A DNA stretch of 64,000 bases from the NCBI GenBank assembly GCA_040880745.1, contig JBBDHX010000030.1, positions 7,494 to 71,493 on the forward strand, read 5' to 3'. The notes below the pieces were generated by a model. That model made no database searches and had not been told where the DNA came from. It saw only the letters and a list, made by a program, of their open reading frames with translations. Positions 30,349 through 37,843 of the stretch are shown one piece after another (position 1 is the first letter of the stretch; each line of letters starts with the position of its first letter). The translations under genes were made by a program, and so were the position numbers. The DNA comes from Actinomycetota bacterium. GTDB taxonomy: Bacteria; Actinomycetota; UBA4738; HRBIN12.

Positions 30349-30555
30349 CGGTTCCGGGGGGAGGAAGGCCGAAGCAGGCGACACACGATCTCTTCGGTGT
30401 CAAGTTGGCGTTGGGAACTTGACACGCTTCGACCCGTGTGTAGAGCGCTCAGAGGGTTACGAGTCGCTTACTCCTGCTTACCGACGAAACACGACCCCAC
30501 CCCGGTCGTGAGCTGACACGTCAAGTGGCACACACACCCGCGCTCACGAGGATCA
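30349..30555. repeat. R4: structured repeat family member, with the clearest nested inverted repeats
   Basis: ggttccggggggaggaaggCCGAAGcaggcGACACACGatctCTTCGGTGTCAAGTTggcgttgggAACTTGACACgcttcgaccCGTGTGTag...gcttactcctgcttacc. Lies between two convergent anti-sigma genes. Confidence 0.6.
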
Positions 30556-31875
30556 TTCGATCGTGTTTGGTACCACCACTCGCGCCCAGGTCGCCCCATC
30601 CCAGTGCTCGACTAGAGGCATCGAGTGCCGCCCCCATTCCACTCCCACGATCCAAGCATCGTCCGCCGCAGCGACGAAGATCGACGACGCCGTTACATCG
30701 AAGTCGGTCGGGGGCACGATCAGGTCGCAGGTCGCCTCGGTGCAGCTTGCGACTGCCAGCGACGAGGTAGCCGGACTGCCAACCACCCATGCGGGGCCAG
30801 AAGCCGTGCCTCCGACTGCTTGGGCCGACCAAAGCGAGAGCCCGTTCACCTCGACCATCTCCCAAGTCCTACCGCTCCACCTGCGCATGAGCGCGTGCAG
30901 GTGGTGGTCCGACGCCCTGTAGTCCCCCAATGCCCAGACCGCGCCCGTGCCGTCAGCACCCATCCCCCAGATGATGTTGAGAGATCGGCTGGGGTCGGGT
31001 GCGGCCACGACGTCCCACGCTCGGCCATCCCAATGCATCGTCAACGTCGATCCTTCTCCGCTGCCCTGAGCGAGATCGACGGAATACCCACCGACCCATA
31101 CGTCGGTCGAGGACAGCGCGACGATCCCGGTGAGGTAGTTGTCTCTTGTCCCAGGATTCGGCGGCTGCATCACGGTCCAAGTGCTTCCGTCGAAATGCGC
31201 GACGGCGGACGAGAGACCTCGGGAGTTAGCTCCGATCAAGGGACCTGTCCGAGTGCCTGCCAGCCACACATCGCTTGGTCCGAGCGCCGAGAGCGCACCG
31301 TAGTTACCACGAGGCAGCGGCTCCGTCGTCCACTCCGCTCCGTTCCAGTGGAGGAGACCCCCGTAGCCAAGTGCCCAGGCGTCATCTGGCGAGGTGGCGT
31401 CCACGGCGATCAAGCGGCCGACATCGGGGACAGTCGTCGTCGTCCAGGAAGCGCCATCCCAATGAACGACCAGCGAGTGATCGTTCCCACCGTCGCCATG
31501 CGTCTCACCGACCGCCCATATGTCGGTCCCCCCCGCTCCGTCGATGGCTGCAAGCGATGAGCCTGGATGAGCGGCGACCTGGCCGTCACCCGGCCCGAAT
31601 CCAGGTCCAGGCTGCACGCCGTTCGCCTGGGAGGCTCGTGGACCCGTTTCCTGAGGAACCGTTCGATTGCTTAGGACCGCAGCGATCCCAAGAGAGACTA
31701 AGACGACGCCCGCGAGCGCGATCCATGCGCGATACCAACGAGCCGGAATGCGTTCTTGCCCGCGCACCAACTCGGAGGAGGCATGGAAGCGACGCAGTTC
31801 GGCGTCGGCGTCGATAGCCCAACCGCTATCAACCTCACGAAGCCATGATGCGACCAGTCGATTGGGCTCGTTCAT
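30553..31875 (-). CDS. anti-sigma factor with six-bladed beta-propeller-like HWDGxxW repeat ectodomain
   Basis: The N-terminus has an anti-sigma-like cytoplasmic segment plus a TM (WIALAGVVLVSLGIAAVL). Six repeats of about 45 aa are each centred on (H/R)W(D/N/S)G..W. 4-nt overlap with the upstream sigma gene. Confidence 0.55.
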   Translation of the reverse strand: MNEPNRLVASWLREVDSGWAIDADAELRRFHASSELVRGQERIPARWYRAWIALAGVVLVSLGIAAVLSNRTVPQETGPRASQANGVQPGPGFGPGDGQVAAHPGSSLAAIDGAGGTDIWAVGETHGDGGNDHSLVVHWDGASWTTTTVPDVGRLIAVDATSPDDAWALGYGGLLHWNGAEWTTEPLPRGNYGALSALGPSDVWLAGTRTGPLIGANSRGLSSAVAHFDGSTWTVMQPPNPGTRDNYLTGIVALSSTDVWVGGYSVDLAQGSGEGSTLTMHWDGRAWDVVAAPDPSRSLNIIWGMGADGTGAVWALGDYRASDHHLHALMRRWSGRTWEMVEVNGLSLWSAQAVGGTASGPAWVVGSPATSSLAVASCTEATCDLIVPPTDFDVTASSIFVAAADDAWIVGVEWGRHSMPLVEHWDGATWARVVVPNTIE

Positions 31876-32390
31876 AAGTGCGCCTCCTCGATCCCCTCAT
31901 CGAGAAGCAGCCGTAGTCGCCGCCGAGCCCGGGCTGTATGAGTCCTGACGCTCCCAGAGGGGATGTGCAGAATCCTGGCCACTTCTCGCGAGTCCATACC
32001 CGCGTAGTCGGTCAGAACGATGCAGGTGCGTTGGCGATCCGTAAGCGCTTTGAGCGCATCGACGATCACCAACCGGGTGGTCATCTCCTCACCCTCGAAG
32101 GGATGCCCCGCGTCGCGGAGGGATTCACTTGGATCGTTCGAAACCTTCTTACGCCGTCGAGATTCGGATCGAGCGAGATTCAGGCCGATGCGCATGACGG
32201 AGTTCCTGACGTGCTCTGGGGATTGGTAGCGGTCCCATCGAGCCCATGCGCGGGCGAACGCTTCTTGTGCCAACTCGATGCCATCCTCTCGGTTACCAAC
32301 CACCAACCCGAGGGACCTTGCAACAGTCGAGAACTGGGCTCGGAAGAGCTCGTCGAAGTCCTCCGTGCGGTTCCCTCCTCTACCGATCTG
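31872..32390 (-). CDS. ECF sigma factor; annotated ORF start at 32306 is a TTG and region 2.1 lies upstream of it with no canonical start
   Basis: Region 2.2-2.4 (GNREDGIELAQEAFARAWARW) and region 4 (LTDRQRTCIVLTDYAGMDSREVARILHIPSGSVRTHTARARRRL). The in-frame upstream segment TEDFDELFRAQFSTVARSLG looks like region 2.1, but it runs into a TGA at 32391-32393 with no ATG or GTG. Confidence 0.7.
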   Translation of the reverse strand, partial: QIGRGGNRTEDFDELFRAQFSTVARSLGLVVGNREDGIELAQEAFARAWARWDRYQSPEHVRNSVMRIGLNLARSESRRRKKVSNDPSESLRDAGHPFEGEEMTTRLVIVDALKALTDRQRTCIVLTDYAGMDSREVARILHIPSGSVRTHTARARRRLRLLLDEGIEEAHL

Positions 32391-32471
32391 TCATGTATAC
32401 GCATGGAGCGGCAACAGTGCACACAACACCGGGTCAATCCGTTCGACCCGGACGTCAGCCTCCGAGTGGGT

Positions 32472-32542
32472 TCCGGGGGGAGGGATCGAACCTCCATCTC
32501 AGGCTCCAAAGGCCCGCGTCTTGCCGTTAGACGACCCCGGAG
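32472..32542 (-). tRNA. tRNA-Gln(UUG)
   Basis: Manual fold: acceptor TCCGGGG/CCCCGGA; D arm GTCT-AACGGCA-AGAC; anticodon stem CGGGC/GCCTG with loop CTTTGGA (anticodon TTG); variable loop AGATG; T arm GGAGG-TTCGATC-CCTCC; discriminator A. Total length is 72 nt; CC is encoded after the discriminator. Confidence 0.7.
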
Positions 32543-33402
32543 GGCCGGTCCATCGTAGCCGGGGGCCCGGAGGTGACGAGGGCATCCGGCAGCGCCAGGG
32601 CGACCCGATCCGCGATACCGAGATGGGCGGCGAGCCCCACGACGGTGGGTCCGCTGCCCGTCATCACGACGCCCGCCGCACCGGCCTCCAGGAGCGCGGC
32701 GCGGGCGATGTCCACCTCGGGATGACGGCGCGCGACACCCGCTTCGAGATCGTCGGAAAGCGCCGAGGCGAGCACGTCGATGTTGCCGGTCTCCACGGCA
32801 GCGATCAGCGCCCCGGGGTCGGGGCCGGTCCGTGGATCCTCGTCCCACCAGGCGTAGGCATCCGGCGTGCTGACACCGAAAGGCTGGGGCACGACGACCC
32901 AGTGCGTCGTCACCGCGTGCACGGGGATCAGTCGCTCACCGCGACCCTCGGCGATGACGGGGCCGCCGTGCAACAACGCCGGCACGTCCGAGCCGATGGA
33001 AGCCGAAGCGTCGAGCAATCCTGCGGGGTCCAGGCCATGCATGGTGGCCAGCGCACGCAGGACCGCGGCGGCGTCCGCGCTGCCGCCCCCCATCCCCGCG
33101 CCGACCGGGATGCGCTTGTCGATCCTGATCGCGACCGGCGCCATGACGCCGGCCACCCGCTCGAAAACCGTCACCGCACGGGCGCACAGCGACTCTCCTC
33201 CCGCGCGATCCAGATCACCCGACCGCGGGCCCCCCACCTTGACGGACGTCACGTCCGCCGGCGAGACGGTCACCACGTCATGCAGGCTCACCGGCATCAC
33301 GAGCGTCTGGATCTCGTGGAAGCCGTCGTCGCGGCGACCCAGGACGCGCAGGAAGACGTTGAGCTTCGCGTAGGCCCGCCCGGTGATCGGATCCATCAGC
33401 CG
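32527..33402 (-). CDS. ispE: 4-diphosphocytidyl-2-C-methyl-D-erythritol kinase
   Basis: GHMP kinase motifs (KRIPVGAGMGGGSADAAAVL; MTGSGPTVVGL). Start at MDPITG inside ORF 32527..34473. The last 5 codons overlap the tRNA 5-prime end. Confidence 0.85.
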   Translation of the reverse strand, partial: RLMDPITGRAYAKLNVFLRVLGRRDDGFHEIQTLVMPVSLHDVVTVSPADVTSVKVGGPRSGDLDRAGGESLCARAVTVFERVAGVMAPVAIRIDKRIPVGAGMGGGSADAAAVLRALATMHGLDPAGLLDASASIGSDVPALLHGGPVIAEGRGERLIPVHAVTTHWVVVPQPFGVSTPDAYAWWDEDPRTGPDPGALIAAVETGNIDVLASALSDDLEAGVARRHPEVDIARAALLEAGAAGVVMTGSGPTVVGLAAHLGIADRVALALPDALVTSGPPATMDRPSGVV

Positions 33403-34229
33403 AGGGACTCCACGATGCGCGCGTACGCGGCGAGATCGAGTTCCTCGGGGCGCGCCGCCGGGTCGATGCCCGCTGTGGCGAGGATGGCCTCCGCCTCCTC
33501 TGCGGTGACCCCCAGCCGCCGAACGGCGTTGCGCATGGTCTTGCGCCGTTGGGCGAAGGCGGTATCGACCACACGCCACAGAGCCGCCTCGTCCACGTCT
33601 ACGGGCGGTGCGGTGAGACGGTCGAGCCGCACCACCACCGACCCCACGCCGGGGCGCGGCCAGAAGACCTCGGGCGGCACGCTGCGGACGATCCGAGCGG
33701 AGGCGCGGTAGGCGACGCGCAGGCTGAGCGCGCCGAACGCACCACGGTCGGCTCCCGTCGGGGAGGCGACCAGGCGCTCGCCCACCTCGCGTTGGAGCAT
33801 CACCACCACCCTCGTGACCGGCGCCCGCTCCAACAGGTCGATCACGATCGAGGTCCCGACGTTGTACGGGAGGTTGCCGCAGGCGATCCACGGTCCCTCC
33901 CCGAGCGCGCCTGCCCAATCCAAGGCGGTGGCGTCGGCGTGCAGGACTCGCACCACCGGGTGGCCGGCCACGGTCTCGCGCAGACCCGCGACCAGGCGGC
34001 GGTCGAACTCGATCGCCAGGATCTCGGCTGCCCCCGCGTCCACCAGCGCCGCGGTGAGCGACCCGAAGCCGGCCCCGATCTCCACGACGTGGTCCCCGGG
34101 TCCGACGCCGGCGTCGCGAGCGATCGCGCGCGCGAGGTTGGGGTCGAGCAAGAAGTTCTGGCCGAGGGCCTTGGACGGACGGACGCCGTGGCGGGCAGCC
34201 AGCTCGCGGACATCGACGTGCACGGGCAC
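33396..34229 (-). CDS. rsmA: 16S rRNA (adenine1518/1519-N6)-dimethyltransferase
   Basis: ALGQNFLLDPN..., VVEIGAGFGSLT and NLPYNVGT motifs. Confidence 0.9.
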   Translation of the reverse strand: MPVHVDVRELAARHGVRPSKALGQNFLLDPNLARAIARDAGVGPGDHVVEIGAGFGSLTAALVDAGAAEILAIEFDRRLVAGLRETVAGHPVVRVLHADATALDWAGALGEGPWIACGNLPYNVGTSIVIDLLERAPVTRVVVMLQREVGERLVASPTGADRGAFGALSLRVAYRASARIVRSVPPEVFWPRPGVGSVVVRLDRLTAPPVDVDEAALWRVVDTAFAQRRKTMRNAVRRLGVTAEEAEAILATAGIDPAARPEELDLAAYARIVESLG

Positions 34230-34553
34230 ACGGTAGCCGGACGGAGGGATCGAAACAGGTGCGGTTCCGGGTGAGGAGCGACGCGCGATCGCGCCGACCA
34301 GATCCCCATGGCCGAGAGGAGCCTCGGCGCCTCGCCGACCCGGTTGCTGCGCACCTTCCCCGACGCGGCAGCCTGATCGATGGTGCGGCCGAGGTGTCGC
34401 CGGTTCGATCCGCGGAAGCTTGCGCTCCGCCGATCCGGTGTCCGCCTTCCCAAACGAACGCCGTGCCGGTCACTCACCACCCGGAACCAGCGCGAACCGT
34501 AGCAAACCCTCAACCCTCACTGCAACCTTGAGAACGAACAGGCGTTCGATGCC

Positions 34554-35348
34554 TCACGGGAGGCCGACGAACGCAGCGCGCGCGTTCTCCGCGGTCCTTC
34601 GCACCAGATCGTCGACCGTCGTTCCGCGCACGCGTGCGATCGCATCGAGCGTGAGCACGATGTGCTCGGGTGCGTTGTCCCTGCCGCGACGAGATTGCGG
34701 CGAGAGGTACGGAGCATCCGTCTCCACGAGCAGCCGATCCGCGGGGAGGGCGGCAGCCGCCTGCCGGAGATGCTCGTTCTTGGGGTAGGTCACGTTCCCG
34801 GCGAAGGAAAGCCACCAACCCCGTGCGGCGCACTCGTTCGCGATGGCCACGTCACCACTGAAACAGTGGATCACGACCCGTTCGGCGTGCTGGGTCTCGA
34901 GCATGGACAGGGTGTCCTCCCATGCGTCGCGGACGTGCACCACCATGGGTTTGCCGGACTCGTTGGACATCGCGACATGGGCCGCCAACGCGCGCCGCTG
35001 GTCCTCGGCCGGCGAGTGCATCCGGAAGTAGTCCAGGCCACACTCCCCCACGGCGACCACACGAGGGTCGTGGAGCAACTCCTCGATCGCGCTCGAGGCC
35101 TCCGCGTCGAACGTCGCGGCGTCGTGAGGATGCACCCCCGCCGTGGCGAAGACACCCGGCAGCGAATCGGCCATCTCGAGCGACCGGCGGCTGCTCGCAA
35201 CGTCGACCCCGACGCAGATGATCCGATCGACGCCGGCGGCCCGCGCGGTCTCGACCGCCACTGCAGGTTCGTCCTGCATCAGGAAGAGGTGGCAGTGGGT
35301 ATCCACCGCCCCCCCCTGCACCCGTAGTTCAAGGTTGTCGTCGCTCAA
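34554..35348 (-). CDS. tatD: TatD family metal-dependent hydrolase
   Basis: DTHCHL, GECGLDY and ETDAPYL signature motifs. Confidence 0.9.
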   Translation of the reverse strand: MSDDNLELRVQGGAVDTHCHLFLMQDEPAVAVETARAAGVDRIICVGVDVASSRRSLEMADSLPGVFATAGVHPHDAATFDAEASSAIEELLHDPRVVAVGECGLDYFRMHSPAEDQRRALAAHVAMSNESGKPMVVHVRDAWEDTLSMLETQHAERVVIHCFSGDVAIANECAARGWWLSFAGNVTYPKNEHLRQAAAALPADRLLVETDAPYLSPQSRRGRDNAPEHIVLTLDAIARVRGTTVDDLVRRTAENARAAFVGLP

Positions 35349-35455
35349 CGGCGGCGAGCCTACACGGGTCTTGAGATACGGTCGAGGCGGGGGGCTTCAC
35401 GTGAAACATGGATCCGCGAACCCTCAGGATCGACTCGACATGTGACGGTCGGGGC

Positions 35456-36991
35456 TCAGTCGGTGAGAAGCCGCGGGAACAGCCCCTCGCCCTTGAACGT
35501 TCGCGAGCCCGGGGCCAGCAGCCCCCACGACGAGGCGGCCGGGAGCCGCTGTGCATCCACCTGGCCCGGCTGCCCGAGCTGGGTCCACAGAGTCTGCGCG
35601 GTGGTCGGCATGATCGGCTGGATGAGGACCGCGAGGACCCGGAGGGTCTCTGCCGACGCGTACAGCACGCTCTGCAGTTCGGCGAGGCGATCGGGATCCT
35701 TCGCCAGCTTCCACGGCGCCCGTTCGACCAGGTAGCCGTTCGCGCGGTCGACGACGGACCACACGGCATCGAGCGCCTGCTGGGGTGCGACCGCGAGCAT
35801 GTGCTCGTCGTAGCGAGCCGCCGCCGACGCGATCACCTCGGGGAGATCCGAGGCCGCCCCCTCCACGGACGGCGCGGGGATGACCCCGTCGAAGGAGGAG
35901 GCGAGCATCGCCAGCACGCGGCTCGCGAGGTTGCCGAGGCCGTTCGCCAGATCCGCGTTGTGCCGAGCGGTCATCGACTCGATCGAGTAGTCGCCGTCGC
36001 TGCCGAACGCGAACTGACGCATGAAGTAGTACCGGTAGGGATCGGTCCCGAACAGATCGAGCAACTCGTTGGGGTGCACCCCCGTGCCGCGGCTCTTCGA
36101 CATCTTCTCGCCGCCCACGTGCAGGAAGCCGTGACCGAACACGGTTCCCGGCACGGCCTCACCCGCCGCCATCAGCAGCGCGGGCCAGATCACGGCGTGG
36201 AAGCGGACGATGTCTTTCCCGATGATGTGCAGGTCCGCCGGCCAGAGCGACGCGAACGTCTCGTCGTCCGTCCCGAAACCGACGGCCGTTGCGTAGTTGA
36301 GCAACGCATCCACCCAGACATAGATGACGTGCTTCGGGTCCCACGGAAGCGGGATACCCCAGTCGGTCCCCGACCGCGAGATGGACAGGTCGTTGAGCCC
36401 TCCTTCGACGAAGCTCACGACCTCGTTGCGCCTGAACCCCGGCATCACGAACCCGGGGTGCTCCTCGTACAAGGCCAGCAACTGGTCCTGGTACTTCGAA
36501 AGCGGGAAGAAGTAGTTCTCCTCCTCGAGCATCTCCACGGGCGTCTCGTGGATGGGGCACATGCCGTCGATCAGTTCCTTCTCCTGTTTGAACTCCTCGC
36601 ATGAGGCGCAGTACGGCCCGGTGTACGTGCCGAGGTAGATCTGGCCACGGTCATGGAGCCGTTGCACGAACGCCTGCACGCGCTCGGCGTGGCGCGCCTC
36701 GGAGGTCCGGATGAAGTCGTCGTAGGAGATGTCGAGCCGGCGCCAGACGTCGATCCATCTCGGGACCATCTGATCGACCCACTCCTGCGGGGTGATCCCT
36801 CGCTCGGCCGAGGACCGCGCCACGTTGAGGCTGTGCTCGTCGGTGCCGGTGAGGAACCAGACGTCGTCGCCGCGAAGACGCCGGTACCGGGCGATGAAGT
36901 CGCACGCGATGATCTCGTAGGCGGTCCCCACGTGCGGCTCGGCGTTGACGTAGGGGATCGCCGATGTCAGGAAGTATCGATCGCGGCCCAT
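35456..36991 (-). CDS. metG: methionine--tRNA ligase
   Basis: Begins MGRDRYFLTSAIPYVNAEPHVGTAYE; HIGH-type and KMSKS (KMSKSRGT) motifs. Confidence 0.95.
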   Translation of the reverse strand: MGRDRYFLTSAIPYVNAEPHVGTAYEIIACDFIARYRRLRGDDVWFLTGTDEHSLNVARSSAERGITPQEWVDQMVPRWIDVWRRLDISYDDFIRTSEARHAERVQAFVQRLHDRGQIYLGTYTGPYCASCEEFKQEKELIDGMCPIHETPVEMLEEENYFFPLSKYQDQLLALYEEHPGFVMPGFRRNEVVSFVEGGLNDLSISRSGTDWGIPLPWDPKHVIYVWVDALLNYATAVGFGTDDETFASLWPADLHIIGKDIVRFHAVIWPALLMAAGEAVPGTVFGHGFLHVGGEKMSKSRGTGVHPNELLDLFGTDPYRYYFMRQFAFGSDGDYSIESMTARHNADLANGLGNLASRVLAMLASSFDGVIPAPSVEGAASDLPEVIASAAARYDEHMLAVAPQQALDAVWSVVDRANGYLVERAPWKLAKDPDRLAELQSVLYASAETLRVLAVLIQPIMPTTAQTLWTQLGQPGQVDAQRLPAASSWGLLAPGSRTFKGEGLFPRLLTD

Positions 36992-37021
36992 CGCGACATG
37001 CTACCGGCAGGTCCCCCGTGC

Positions 37022-37834
37022 TCAGCCGCCGGCGTCGGGGAGGCAGCCCGCGGAGCGGCCCACCGCCGCGAGCCCCTCGAGGTCACCGGTACCCCAGTCG
37101 ACCTGGTCGAGATCCGGCTCCTCGTCGGCCCCGGGGACCTCCGGGCTCCACATCAACTCGTCCCCGGAACGGACGTGACCGAGTCCGAGGATGTGTCCCC
37201 ACTCGTGCATCAGCACCTGTTCGAGGGAGAACGGCCCCCGGTCACCGGGCAGCACCCGGGCACCGGTGTTCACCACGATCATCCCGCTGCGATACCGGTC
37301 ATCGTCGCCGAACCCCACCCGGCGCGGCAGGCCGAGCGCCACGTACCGTCGCGGCGACGCCCACTCGCGGAACGCCTCGGCGGATACCCACGAGACGAGA
37401 ACGGGCAGGAGCTCGCGGTCGGGCCACGGCCCGATGAAATCGGACGCCTGCGTGGCCTGCGGGGTCCGATCGGTGGTCCCCACCTCGACGAAGTCGATCC
37501 CGGTCGCCGTGCCGACACGTTCGATCGCCGTGTGGACCGCGTCGAGCGCCCCGTGCGGTGACCCTTCCAGGTTCACCTCGTACCGGATGGGCTCGCACGG
37601 GTTCCACCTGACCGGCTCGCCGTCACGCCGCGTCGCCAGGAAGGCGTGCTGTCCTTCCGGTTCGGTGCCGACGACGGCCCAGACCGCCGCGCCGGTGGTC
37701 GCCACGATGATCGCCGCGACCAGGGCGATGACGCGGCGGCGGCGGCGGGGGACGCGGCCGGCCCCGTCCGGGCGAACAGGGATGTCCGGCCGGCCCGGGA
37801 GGTCGGGCCGTGCGGGGAAGGACGTCACATCCAT
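37022..37834 (-). CDS. secreted/membrane-anchored zinc metalloprotease (metzincin, matrixin-like)
   Basis: HEWGHILGLGH conforms to HExxHxxGxxH. N-terminal TM/signal segment. Confidence 0.75.
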   Translation of the reverse strand: MDVTSFPARPDLPGRPDIPVRPDGAGRVPRRRRRVIALVAAIIVATTGAAVWAVVGTEPEGQHAFLATRRDGEPVRWNPCEPIRYEVNLEGSPHGALDAVHTAIERVGTATGIDFVEVGTTDRTPQATQASDFIGPWPDRELLPVLVSWVSAEAFREWASPRRYVALGLPRRVGFGDDDRYRSGMIVVNTGARVLPGDRGPFSLEQVLMHEWGHILGLGHVRSGDELMWSPEVPGADEEPDLDQVDWGTGDLEGLAAVGRSAGCLPDAGG

Positions 37835-37843
37835 GGGCCCACG

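Larger units (their letters stand above)
24224..32488. mobile_element. tRNA-Gln-associated genomic island of about 8.2 kb with no integrase, internally subdivided by four more copies of the same att-like repeat
   Basis: Bounded by tRNA-Gln (32472-32542) and direct repeat R0. It interrupts a conserved ispE/glmU neighbourhood. Cargo genes are all accessory: hipBA, lipoprotein, GNAT, VOC and two ECF sigma/anti-sigma pairs. The island has long lower-GC intergenic tracts. Confidence 0.55.

Noticed and set aside
24224-32488. Interpretation of the repeat-bounded cassettes as a classical integron
   Set aside because: No intI integrase, no Pc/attI arrangement, cassette genes in mixed orientation, and repeat length and sequence unlike known attC. 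Retained only as an analogy in the findings.
32527-34473. 648-aa ORF read as a single gene
   Set aside because: It is the ispE gene (from 33402) extended upstream in an alternate frame through rsmA. Only the C-terminal 291 aa are real IspE.
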